Below are positions 1 through 25,649 of a DNA stretch of 64,000 nt, piece by piece. The notes under the pieces are model-generated. The model was not told where the DNA came from, did not search any database, and was given only the letters and a program-made list of their open reading frames with translations. Position 1 is the first letter of the stretch; every line of letters starts with the position of its first letter. The position numbers and the translations under genes were made by a program. This stretch comes from the human T2T-CHM13v2.0 reference genome, Homo sapiens: assembly GCF_009914755.1 (NCBI RefSeq), contig NC_060925.1. One strand, 5' to 3'.

Positions 1-75
1 ATTACTGGGCCAAATCCATCAATTATACTTCAAATCAGCTTTTCAGTGAGTGATTCTTTAAGAATGAATAGCCAG

Positions 76-1830
<1,755 letters not shown>

Positions 1831-1913
1831 GCATCTGGCCTGTTTGTGCTCTTAACCACTATGCTATACCGGTTCTCAGGGACCAGTTTCTGGGGTACCC
1901 AACCCCACCTTAC

Positions 1914-1991
1914 CTCCTCCACATCTTCATCCAACTGCTCATTAGGATCCACTTCTCTTACTAAGTCCTGTAATTTCTTCTTGGTCAATAC
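1914..1991 (-). CDS. TAF12: TAF12 coding exon (start of histone-fold region), VLTKKKLQDLVREVDPNEQLDEDVEE; gene continues beyond the left edge of the window
   Basis: Minus strand reads taactttag|GTA TTG ACC AAG AAG AAA...GAG GAG|gtaagg. 78 nt, phase 0/0, and directly continues ...SPENNQ from the previous exon, matching the known TAF12 protein. Confidence 0.97.
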
Positions 1992-3235
1992 CTAAAGTTA
2001 ATTGGAAGAAGACTTTTCAACCAGATATTAAGGAAATGAAACAAATCATTACCCTGTAATGAAGAAAGGCTGTCAAATTGTTGGTTTTAGTTTCCACTTT
2101 CCAATGAGTTCACAGTCTGGCCTACCTGACTATGCTGCTGTAAGACTACACTCTCAAGACAGAAGTAACTTAGGGAAAGGTGGAAAGAGCAGTTTGAAGA
2201 CAGGCCAGCATCCAGCTGTCAGGCAGTATATTTCAGCCTCATGTCTTTTTCTCACTGTGTCTCTTCACATGTAGAAATTTGCAATTCTCTGACCACCACA
2301 AATTGTACCATGCCCCTTGCCTTTAGACAAGTTTGTTTTTTTGTTTTGTTTTGTTTTTGAGACAGGGTCTTGCTCTATTGCCCACTGGAGTGCAGTGGCA
2401 TGATCATGGCTTACTGTAGCCTTGACTGCCAAGCTCTCCCACCTAAGCTTCCCAGCTAGCTGGGACCATAGGCACGTGCCATCATACCTGGCTAATTTTT
2501 TTTTTTTTTTTTTTTTTTGAGAGACAGGATCTCGCTATGTTGTGCAGCCTGCTCTTGAACTCCTGGCCTCAAGTGATTCTTCCACCTCAGCCTCCCAAAG
2601 TGCTGTACACACTCTTCCTCTCTTCTTCCTTCTTGCTTAGCTCATGGTGCCTCTTTCTGATGCTTTTCCTAGCCCATCCCAGTAAAGGTAACCACTTACT
2701 TCCTCCTTTGGCCTCTACTGTATCCTGTGTACCCTTTATCATTGTGCATATTTATATACTTCCCTGTTTCTGACTTAATAGGCTAAAAGCTCCCTGAGGG
2801 CAGCCTTCATAAAGGAAATGTCATGTTACATACGTATGCCATTAAAAAGTAATCAAAAGAAAGCCAGGCACAGTGATCTGTGCCTGTAGTCCCAGCTACT
2901 CAGCAGGCTGAGGCAGGAGGATCACTTGAGGCCAGGAGTTAGAGACTGCAGTGAGCTATGATTGTGCCACTACACTCCAGCCTGGGGAACACAGGAAGAC
3001 CTCATGTCTTAAGAAACAAACAAAAAAAAGGGCCTGGCACAGTGGCTCACGCCTGTAATCCCACCACTTTGGAAGGCCGAGGTGGGAGGACTACCTGAGC
3101 CCAGGAGTTCAAAGACCAGCCTGGGCAACATGGCGAGACTGCATCTCTATTTAAAAAAAACATCTACAAAATGGCTGGGTGCAGTGGCTCATGCCTGTAA
3201 TCCCAGTACTTTGGGAGACCGAGGTGAGCGGATCA

Positions 3236-3532
<297 letters not shown>

Positions 3533-4324
3533 TCAGTGCCCATTTGAGTCTCTTCCAAGTGTACTTTCCTTTCTTTCCTGCTCTAAACCTTCTAGTAAAA
3601 TTCCACTGAAAAAAAAAAAAAAAAAAAAAAGCCGGGTACGGTGGCTCATGCCTGTAATCCTAGCACTTTGGGAGGCTGAGGCGGGTGGATAACCTGAAGT
3701 CAGGAGTTTGAGACCAGCCTGACCAACATGGCGAAACCCTGTCTCTACTGAAAATACAAAAATTAGCTGGGCATGGTGTGGGTGCCTATAATTCCAACTA
3801 TTAGGGAGGCTGAGGCAGGAGAATAGCTTGAATTGGGAGGAGGAGGTTGCAGTGAGCCAAGATTATGCCATTGCACTCCATCCTGGGTGATAGAGCGAGA
3901 CTCTGTCTCAAAAAAAAAAAAGAGAGAGAGACAGACAGAGGAAAAAAAGAAAAACACCAAAAGACATACACTAAAATGCTAACCATGGCTATTTTAGGGT
4001 GGTGGCATTAGAATTATAGGCTATTTATTCTTTGTGTATTTCTGAAGTTTCTGTGATGAACACATATAACTTTTGAAATAAGGAAAAAAGAAAAAAAATT
4101 TTTTTTTTTTTTGAGACGGAATCTCGTTCTATCACCCAGGCTGGAGTGCAGTGGTGTAATCTCGGCTCACTGCAACCTCTGCCTCCCGGGTTCAGGTGAT
4201 TCTTTTGCCTCAGCCTCCTGAGTAGCTGGGACTACAGGTGTGCACCACCATGCCAGGTTGATTTTTGTAATTTTAGTAGAGATGGGGTTTCAGCATATTG
4301 GCCAGGCTGGTCTCGAACTCTTGA

Positions 4325-4630
<306 letters not shown>

Positions 4631-5874
4631 TGATCCGCCCACCTCGGCCTCCCAAAGTGCTGGGATTACAGGCTTGAGCCACCATGCCCGGCCGAACCCA
4701 GAAATTTGAGGCTACAGTGAGCTATGATTATACCATTGCACTCTAGCCCAGGCAACAGAGCAAAACCCTTTCTCTAAAAAAAATGAATAAATATTTGTTA
4801 ATGATGTCTCATATCTATCCATTCTTCTTCATTCTATCATTATCACCTAATTCGAGCCTTCACTACATGTCTTGATTTATTGCAAAAATCTTAGAATTGG
4901 TCATCCACCCAGTCTAACCCCCTTTTCTACCCATCCTGTCCCCTTACTGCCAAGTTAATCCTCTATAGGACACACTATTTTTATTATGTTACTTTTACTC
5001 CTTTATTAAATATCTGCAAAGATTGTATATTGCCTAAAAGTTCCAATGGAAATTGACTAGTACAGGTCCACTATGTTCTGCCCTACCTATACAATTTTAA
5101 ATTCTGTCTTCTACAACAGACTCCATATTCAACATAGGTTGATATCCTGACTGCCCAACCCGCTCTCATTAATCTTTGCAAGTCCCTCCACTCATTCCCT
5201 TGAAATACTGGGCGAACTCATCCATTCTACACAGCCTACAAAAAACAAGTCAAAGGGATTATACTTATTTCTTGTGGCTCTGGAGGGCAGAATCAGAATT
5301 ATGGGTAGAAAGAATGGAGCAGATTTTAGAATCACTGCAGAAAATTAATAATGGCAGCAATTGGATGAACTAGAAGATGGAATGACTAGAAGCAAGAGTA
5401 CTTTTATCATAGGAATAATGAATCAATTTATTATTTTATTTAACAACTACATGGTTAACATGTATATAAAGCACTTATCAAAATGAAAGGAAAAAAACAC
5501 CTTTCATAGGCAAGGTATTGTGTTAGTGTGTACAGATGGATGGATGGATGTATATATGCATACACACAACCACATACAATACAGTAATTAATAAACATTG
5601 TACATGATAATTTGCTAAAGAATGTTCCCAGAGGAGTATACATTCAGGACAACTTGAATCTGTGTCTCCTGAATTGGGAGTCCTCAAATTTGGCCCAAAT
5701 AAACTCTCTACTTATATTAAAACAAACAAAAAAAGTTAGAAATCCAAAAGAGGGAAAAGACCTTTTCGGCTAAGAGAAAAAAGCAGCATCTGAGATGGAC
5801 ATCTCTTAAAGTATTACAGATTGAAATAATAGGTAAGAAGTGGCTACAGAGAAGAAAGAGTAAGAGGATGATAC

Positions 5875-6042
5875 CTGATTGTTTTCAGGGCTAAGACGAC
5901 CTCCTGCCCCAGGAGTGCCTGGTATCTTTACCACTGCAGTACTATTGGCCATGGAGCCTTGTGGAGGGGTGCTGGCTGGTTCCGGTTTTATGGATGAGAA
6001 ATTGGAGAGGTTGATTAGGGCTGAGGGGCCAAACTGGTTCAT
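5875..6042 (-). CDS. TAF12: TAF12 exon 2, canonical coding part (MNQFGPSALINLSNFSSIKPEPASTPPQGSMANSTAVVKIPGTPGAGGRLSPENNQ). Second in-frame Met at 5952 is the start of the short TAFII15 form
   Basis: 56 codons matching the TAF12/TAFII20 N-terminus; ATG at 6042; donor CAG|gtatca at 5874. Confidence 0.97.
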
Positions 6043-6126
6043 AATCTGCCGAGCTTTGGACTTCAGCTCATAGAGCTTATCGAGATCCTGTTTCTTTTTG
6101 GAGCTGTGAGGACCAAGGCCAATTAA
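6043..6126 (-). other. TAF12: 5' part of TAF12 exon 2: 84 nt, 28 stop-free codons in frame with the canonical ATG (LIGLGPHSSKKKQDLDKLYELKSKARQI). UTR in the canonical mRNA, coding in N-extended isoforms
   Basis: Acceptor cttttcttctccag|TTAATT (AG at 6128-6127); 84 nt is exactly 28 codons to ATG 6042. Confidence 0.9.
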
Positions 6127-6647
6127 CTGGAGAAGAAAAGCACAAGAATTAGCTCTAGAAGAACCTGTAATAAAGGATGAATCTTGAGAGTAAAAAGAGG
6201 CCTGGTGCAATGGCTCACAACTGTAATCCCAGCACTTTGGGAGGCCCAGGTGGTAGCATCACTTGAGCCCAGTAGTTCAAGACCAGCTTGGGCAACATAG
6301 CGAGACCTAGTCTCTACCAAGAAAAAAAAAAAAAAAAAAAAGTAAGTAAAATGAGGTCTGTTAGACTTTGAGGGTTCTTCAGTATATATGGAATGGTGAC
6401 CATTTAATATCCACAGGTTAAAAATTGAGGGAATGAAGAATGTTTATTACTCTCAGCTGATATTTAGAAACCATCTCATTTCCAAATATTAAGTGAAATA
6501 GTCCACAAAATTTAAACAAGGAAGCAAGTAAATGAAATGAAGAATCTTATGTACAAAAATAAACTAGGGCCGCGTGCAGTAGCTCATGTCTGTAATCCCA
6601 GCATGTTGGGTGCCTGAAGTGGAAGGACCACTTGAGACAGGAGTTCA

Positions 6648-7025
<378 letters not shown>

Positions 7026-7906
7026 TTAGCTGGACATGGTAGCATGTGGTCCTAGCTACTCAGGAGGCTAAGGCAGGAGGATTGCCTGAGCCCAAGAAGT
7101 TGAGGCTGCAATAAGCCATGATCACACCACTACTGCATTCCAGCCTAGGTGACAGAGTGAGACACTATCTAAAAATAAAATGAAATAAAAATAAACTAGA
7201 GGCTGGGCACAGTGGCTCATGCCTGTAATCCCAGCACTTTGGGAGGCCGAGGTGGGTGGATCACCTGAGGTCAGGAGTTTGAGACTAGCCTGACCAACAT
7301 GGAGAAACCCCAACTCTACTAAAAACACAAAATTAGCCGGGCGTGGTGACACACGCCTGTAATCCCAGCTACTTGGGAGGCTAAGGCAGAAGAATTGCTT
7401 GAACTCGGGATGCAGAGGTTGACGAAACTCCATCTCAAATAATAATAAAAATAAATAAATAAATAAATAAATAAACTAGAATAAGCAAGACATTTTTGAG
7501 AACTTTGTAAAAATAGTTAAGTACTACATGCATTATTTTTAAAGTATCAAATAATGTTAAATTCAAATAAGTCATAGCACAATCACATCCTTTAAAAAAA
7601 TCAGTCACAAAGCTTAAGAATACAGACTAGTTCATTCTGGCATTTCAAACATGCTTAAGTCTATGTCAGGGCTATGCCCAATAAACATAACTTTTAGCAG
7701 CTGTTAAAAGTAAACTCCTCTTTATCAAGAGCAATTTTTCTCTGAGTGTTAGCAATCTAAGTACATGCAGAGACCCTAGTCTGGAGCAGCTGAGACTCCT
7801 GAATCTTAGAGTCATGAGGCTGACTCTGTGGACGTCAGCTTGGGTGTCATCACGATCAGAAGCACATTCACCAAGTTCTGCTCACAGTAGCCTCAAACTT
7901 ACTTAC

Positions 7907-7978
7907 AGCTATCTGAGTGTCTAGATCTTTAATTACATCAGCAACAGCTGTGAGCCCGGTGAAATGAGAGGCAGCCAT
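7907..7978 (-). CDS. TAF12: Alternative TAF12 coding exon (exon 7907-7991) encoding MAASHFTGLTAVADVIKDLDTQIA
   Basis: catttacag|gtagcttttgaaaATGG (A at -3, G at +4), 24 sense codons, then GCT|gtaagt consensus donor at 7906. Phase 0, so in frame with exon 2; lies in unique, non-repeat sequence. Confidence 0.75.
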
Positions 7979-8412
7979 TTTCAAAAGCTACCTGTAAATG
8001 AACAACTGGCATCAAGCACCATCCTTGCCATGGAACCATTTTAGTTGAATGGCCTGGTACATCTTCACCAACCAGGATCCAAGCAAACTGGATGTGGAGA
8101 AATATATCTCCTTTTCCTTAGTGGGAGCCAAGACAAACATCTCCATCTCTTTCATAAGCAACTTTGAAAATTAATTAATGATGATTATGGCACATATAGA
8201 CCACCTTCTTATAAAATGAATGTCTGCTGTTAGGGATAAACTAACAGCATATGGAATATTTTATTGGGCAAAATTGTGGGATATGAGCCTGCAGGAATTA
8301 TATCAATGGCCTTCAGAACTTGGTAAAAGTTGGCAATATAAATGTCTACTGTATCTATCCTACTCTTGTCCCTAGTCCTGAGTTCCTCCTCACCACACTG
8401 TCTGACTTTCTA

Positions 8413-8787
<375 letters not shown>

Positions 8788-9219
8788 CTAAGTATGTACT
8801 GGTTAAAAAACCAAGATTAACTAGGCTGACTTGCTGGCCAAGAACCAGCTGATGGGGACAGCAGAGTATTAGGATCACTTGTTTGTTTTAACCATATGTG
8901 GCCTCCTTCTCCCCTACCCACAAACATTACCAATAGAAGAGTCAGGATAGAAACCTTTCTTAACATGGTAATAGCTGTTCTAATATTATAAAAGCAAACT
9001 ATTTTCCCAAAGCAAGTTCTATGCAAAAGCCTCATTAAGGATCATCAAACTGTATCCTCATCACTCTAGCCTCACACTGAACATACTTTATCTCTCAAAA
9101 ACATTCCCACAACCTTCAAGGGACTTCCCAAATAATACTGAGTATTGCACAAAATAAGTGGAGACTTTTTATAACAGAGATTTTTGAGTAAGAATTTGTT
9201 ATAACATCTAGAGACATAT

Positions 9220-11701
<2,482 letters not shown>

Positions 11702-11884
11702 CTAAGAAACTCGACAAAAATTTACTGCTGTCACTGACCTTGCTGAAAAGCAAACAATACTTCTGAATTTTAAATAATTCTGACTAAGCAAACGATTTCT
11801 TCCTATAAAAACTAAACGAAACAAAAGCAGATGATAACCAGACACCCCCTGGTGCCAGACTAACACTACCCTTAGGTTCTAAAC

Positions 11885-12640
11885 TATTTCTTGATATGGC
11901 AAGATTTTAAAACTGTAACACATTTGATGGGTGGTAATACATAGGCTTATACAACTGTCGAACTCCTCCCATTGAGCATTCAAGATCTGTGAATTTTACT
12001 GTATGTAAATTATACTACAACTAAGAACAATAACTCAAACACCCCTCCAGCTTCCCAGGAAAAACACTGTACTACTAGATATTTATCCGACAGAAAGGAA
12101 AACCTGAGCTCGAGACCAGCCTGGTCAATATGGTGAAACCCCATCTCTACTAAAAAAATGCAAAAATTAGCCAGACACGGTGCAGGGGGTGGGGGGGGGG
12201 GGGGGGGCGCCTGTAATCCCTTGGGAGGCCAAGGCATGAGAATGGCTTGAACCCAGGAGGTGGAGGTTGCAGTGAGCCGAGATTGCGCCACTGCACTCCA
12301 GCCTGGGTGACAGAGCAAGACTCTGTCTCAAAAAAAACCCTAAAAAGCTGGTCACAAAAAAAACACATATTGTACGATTACATTTATATGAAATGTCCAG
12401 AATAGGCAAACCCATAGACAGAAAGTAGATTAGTTGTTGCCTATGGCCAGGGCATGTAGGAGAGGAATAGAGACTGGCTGCTAATGGGTATACGGTTTCT
12501 TTTACGGGATACAAAAATGATCTAAAATTACATTGTGGTGATGGTTGCCAACCCTGATTATATTAAAAAAAAAACCCACAGAATTATACACTTTAAATCA
12601 GTGATTTGTGTGAAATGTGAATGATTTAAATAAAGACTTT
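11885..12640 (+). mobile_element. Old L1M (L1MC/L1ME-like) 3'-UTR fragments interrupted by an Alu
   Basis: catttatatgaaatgtccagaataggcaaa...gtttcttttacgggatacaaaaatgatctaaaatta...tatacactttaaa are typical L1M 3'-end motifs. Confidence 0.65.
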
Positions 12641-13826
12641 AAAAAAAAAAAATGAGGAGGCTCACGAAATGGTCTCCAAGAGAAATTGTTCAATGAATGA
12701 AAGCAAAACATAGAATGGGAGAATATTTTGTTATTGTTTATTGAAACACATGTATTGCCGGATGCGGTGGTTCATGCCTACAATCCCGGCACTTTGGGAG
12801 GCCAAGGCAGGCGGATCACCTGAGGTTGGGAGTTCGAGACCAGCCTGACCAACATGGAGAAACCCCCTCTCTACTAGTAATACAAAATTAACCAGGCGCG
12901 TTGGCGGGCGCCTGTAATCCCAGCTATTTGGGAGGCTGAGGCAGGAGAATCGCTTGCATGGAGAGGCAGAGGTTGCAATGAGCCAAGATTGCACCACTGC
13001 ACTCTAGCTGGGGTGACAGAGCAAGACTCCGTCTCAAATAAATAAATGAATAAAACACACATACACAGACATACAGTTGTAAATTCATAAATTATTCCTG
13101 GCAAGATACATAAGAAACTGATAACAGAGGGAGGTGGGGGAATGGTGGTATCTGGGTGGCCTATGGGACCAAGAACGTCTTATTTTTCACTGTACACCCT
13201 AAATCCTGTATTATGTGCATATGTTACCTATGGAAAAAATTAAGATAAACTACTATTTGAATTTTTTTCTCTGCAGAAATAGATCATACTCACCCTTTTC
13301 TTCCTGTTTTTTGTTTCTGAGACACAGTCTCACTCTGTCACCCAGGCTGGAATACAGTGGCCATGATTTTGGCTCACTGCAACCTTGGCCTCCCGGGTTC
13401 AAGCAATTTTCCTGCCTCAGCCTGAGCATCTGGGATTACAGGCACGTACTACCACGCCTGGCTAATTTTTTTGTATTATTAGTAGAGATGGAGTTTTCCC
13501 ATGTTGGCCAGGCTGGTCTCGAACTTCCAACCTCAAGTGATCCACCCACCTCGGCCTCCCATAGTGCTGGGATTACAGGCGTGAGCCACTGCAACAGGCC
13601 TTGGGTTTTTTGTTTGTTTGTTTGCAGAGATAGGTCTTGCTGTTGCCCAGGCTGGAGTGCAGTGGTGAAATCACAGCTCACTGCACCCCCAAAATCCTAG
13701 GCTCAAGCAATAATCTTGCATCAGCCTCTTGAGTAGCTGGGGCTACAAGTGCAAACCACACCTGGCTAATTTTTCTATTTTTTTTTAAAACACGGTGTCT
13801 TGCTATGTTGCCCAGGATGGCCCTGA

Positions 13827-19570
<5,744 letters not shown>

Positions 19571-20321
19571 ATCCTCCCTCCTTTTAAACTGTGGTTGACT
19601 GGCTGAGGATGACAAGCCCTAATTGCTTCCCTTTAACAACCTTGTACTTCAAACAGAAGTCTAGCTGCAACCCTATTATTGTATTGAGAGGGTCTAATTT
19701 TTCATAGGGTAGGAATTAAGGAGACCTTGGCAATAGTTGTAAGACCCTGGTATTCTCTGTGCATCTATTCCATTAACTGTTTTTTTTTTTTAAAAAAAAC
19801 AAAACAAAGGTGAAGAGAAAGGGGAACAGAAGAAAAGGTAGCCTTCAAAACCTTTTTTTACCTCTGAAATGTTTAGTAATTTATTATTTAAGCAAAATAC
19901 TGGAATCAAGAGGACTGGCCTGATGGCATAAAAGCCCTATACTGTGGTGCATGACTTCACTTAATGACTGGTTTTTCTACCTGGCTGTTTCTTTCCTCTC
20001 TGGCTTCTAAATGTATCTAAATGAGCTCATATTTCCCAGCCTAAATAAGCTAAAAAGGATCAATTATTTGCAGTCTGTGAGACTCGAGAGCAATAGAAAT
20101 GCAAGATTTTTTTCCAGTGTGCAATTAGGATTGGTTAGTTGAGGCTCCAGCTGCTTTTGACTTATCAAAAAGGCAGTATAGGCCACATGTGGGACCCCAC
20201 GTCTGTAATCCCAGAACTTTGGGAGGACAACATGGGAGGACTGTTTGAGGTTAGGAGTTGGAGACCAGCCTGGGCAACACAAAAAGATCCTGTCTCTAAC
20301 AACAACAAAAGGTAGTATAGT

Positions 20322-20465
20322 GTATAGTACAGTGGTCAAGGATATGAACCATGGTAGCAGTATCTGGGTTTAAGTACCAACTGTGCCACTTTTCAGCTGT
20401 ATTGAGCAAGCTACATAATCTCTTTATGCCTCAATTTTCTCATCTGAAAAAATTAAGTTAATAAT
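20322..20465 (+). mobile_element. MIR fragment
   Basis: ctgggtttaagtaccaactgtgccact...ctctttatgcctcaattttctcatctgaaaaa MIR core. Confidence 0.6.
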
Positions 20466-20611
20466 GAAGTACAGGGTGGGCTTGGTGGCTCACACCTATA
20501 ATTCTAGCAGTTTGGCAGGCTGAGCGGGAGGATCACTTGAACCTAGGAGTTTGAGACCAGCCTGGGCAACATAGTGAGATCTGGTCACTACAAATAAAAA
20601 AAAAAAAATCA

Positions 20612-20824
<213 letters not shown>

Positions 20825-21412
20825 CTACTATGGGGTCTGAGGTGACGGAATGGCTTGAGCCTAGGAGTGCGAGGCTGTAGTACATTGTGATAGGCCTGTG
20901 GCTAGCCACCATGCTCCAGCCTGGAAAATAAAGCAAGACCCCATCTCTCAAAAAATACCAGTGTTTCATTTCACTCATCCTGCTGCTAACCCAACACACA
21001 TATCCATGTGTGCTGGCACCATATAAGTGTTCTGTATGACTTCAGAGATTAACAGAAGAATGGTGGATTGGAAAAAAATGGTAACAAGTGGTCAGCAGGA
21101 GGCTGATGAGAGTTACTGTGGAAAACCCAAATCAAGAGGGCTGGATGCCATCTTTGGTCAGTTTCCACATCTGTAATTAGGAGTTGGCCCAGGCAAATTC
21201 TTTTTTTCTTTTTCTCTTTTTTGAGACAGAGTTTTGCTCTGTCACCCAGGCTCGAGCGCAGTGGCACGATCTTGGTTCACTGCAACCTCCGCCTCTGGCC
21301 AGACCAGGCAAATTCTAAAGTCCCTTTCAGCATTAAAAATCAGTGTAAAGGCCAGGTACAGTGGCTCACGCCTGTAATCCTAGAACTTTGGGAGGCCGAG
21401 GCAGGCGGATCA

Positions 21413-23446
<2,034 letters not shown>

Positions 23447-24419
23447 TTATAATGCAATGATTTTCTGATCGGGTATTTTGAAGTCCTATTATAATAAGTC
23501 AACGCTAGAGCCACAAATGAAATGAAGTACATTTTGCAAGTATAGGTAAGGATGTTAACTCAGGAATAAATTATCATTAATTAAACCATCAAGTACTTTG
23601 AAGTGGTGACATGGGCATCGGTATGCTTTCCCTTATAAGTTGGTATAAGTTAGTTTTGATCATTTATATATAATAGGCGCTTGCAAATAGTACAGGCTAA
23701 CCCTGGGGAAAAAATAGTAGTTTTAACTAAGCCCAATTCCCCCAAACATCTAGTTCATGATATAATTAACTGGAAAATCAATCAAATTTAAGCCCTTGTT
23801 TTTCAAATTACTTTTTTTTTTTTTCAGACAGAGTCTCATTCTGTTGTCCAGGCTGGAGTACAGTGACACAATCTCGGCTCATTGAACCTCCACCTCCAGG
23901 ATTCAAGTGATTCTCTCCCACCTCAGCCTCCAGAGTAGCTGGGACTACAGGCATGTGCCACCATGCCCAGCTAATTTTTGTATGTTTAGTAGAGACGGGG
24001 TTTTGCCATGTTGGCCAGGCGGGTCTCGAACTCCTGATCTCAGGTGACCCGCCCGCCTTGGCCTCCCAAAGTGCTGGGATTACAGGTGTGAGCCATCATG
24101 CCCAGTCCAAATTAGTCTTTCTTGGCCTCCTAAATCTAAAATTAAATGTCTTTCTACATTGCAAGGAAAAGCTCTACAAAGTTCCCGTTTTTCTATCTTG
24201 AATAATCTATGCTTCTGTGAAAACAGAATTTAGTTCTCAAATGCCACAATACATAAGTACCCTAATATGTTATAGTCCTTGACATTTAGAGGAGCCTTAA
24301 GAAGGAGGAGATGCTTTCATTCAATTATATGTTTTGTATAACGATTACTTCTATTTTGCTGATGGACAAACTGAGAGGAATCCACTTAGAAGAGTAGAAA
24401 AAAGTTTTAGAGGCACATG

Positions 24420-24556
24420 TAACTGGGGTTGGGTCACTGTGTGATTTCAGGCAAAGTAACCTCTCTAAACCTATTTCATTATCTGTACAACGGGACTGAC
24501 AATATCTAACTTGTGGGGCTGTGATAATTAAATCATAGAATACTCGATAGTGCATA
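24420..24556 (+). mobile_element. MIR fragment
   Basis: ctgtgtgatttcaggcaaagtaacctctctaaacctatttcattatctgtacaacggg MIR core. Confidence 0.6.
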
Positions 24557-25227
24557 AGCTGTGCCTCGTTAGTCTGAGTAGGTTTCAGAAAAAGATATTA
24601 ATATTGAAGGAAGTGACTGGTGCAAGTCTCCCCACCATCCTTATCCAAAAGCAGCCATCCCTAGTAAATGTTTGCACTAAAAATACAGGACACACTTATT
24701 TATGACTTTCCAAACAGCTTATTAAATAAATAAATAACACTGAGCTTTATTTAAAGGTTCCAGCCAGGTGCAGTGGCTCATGCCTATAAGAACATTTTGG
24801 GAGGCCAAGGCGGGAGAATCATTTGAGGCCAAGAATTCAACAGCAGCCTAGGCAACACAGCCAAACACTGTCTCTACAAAAAAACTTAAAAATTAGCTGG
24901 GTGTAGTGGCTCATACCTGCAGTCCCAGGAGGCTGAGGCAGGAGGAGTGCTTGAGCCCAAGAATATAGGTTGCAGTGAACTATGATTATGCCACTGCACT
25001 CCAATATGGGCAACAGAACAGGACCCTGTCTCAAAAACACAAAAATAAAAATAAAGGTTTCCTTACTATTAAGTGACATTTACTGTATTAATGTCAATAC
25101 AGTAACAACACTCAAATTATCAGAAACTGTAAAAATTTCCAGTTTTTACTGGAAATAAAAACTGGGCCGGGCGCAGTGGCTCATTTCTATAATCCCAGCA
25201 CTTCGGGAGGCTGAGGCGGGCGGATCA

Positions 25228-25649
<422 letters not shown>

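Noticed and set aside
5866-5874. TAF12 exon-2 donor GTATCATCC as a U12-type intron
   Set aside because: It diverges from RTATCCTT at +6, and the downstream acceptor region (1992-2010) lacks a clear TTCCTTAAC branch site; treated as U2-type.
5806-6210. 134-aa ORF as a single-exon gene
   Set aside because: It is TAF12 exon 2 (5875-6126) plus intronic read-through; the upstream part starts in an Alu edge.
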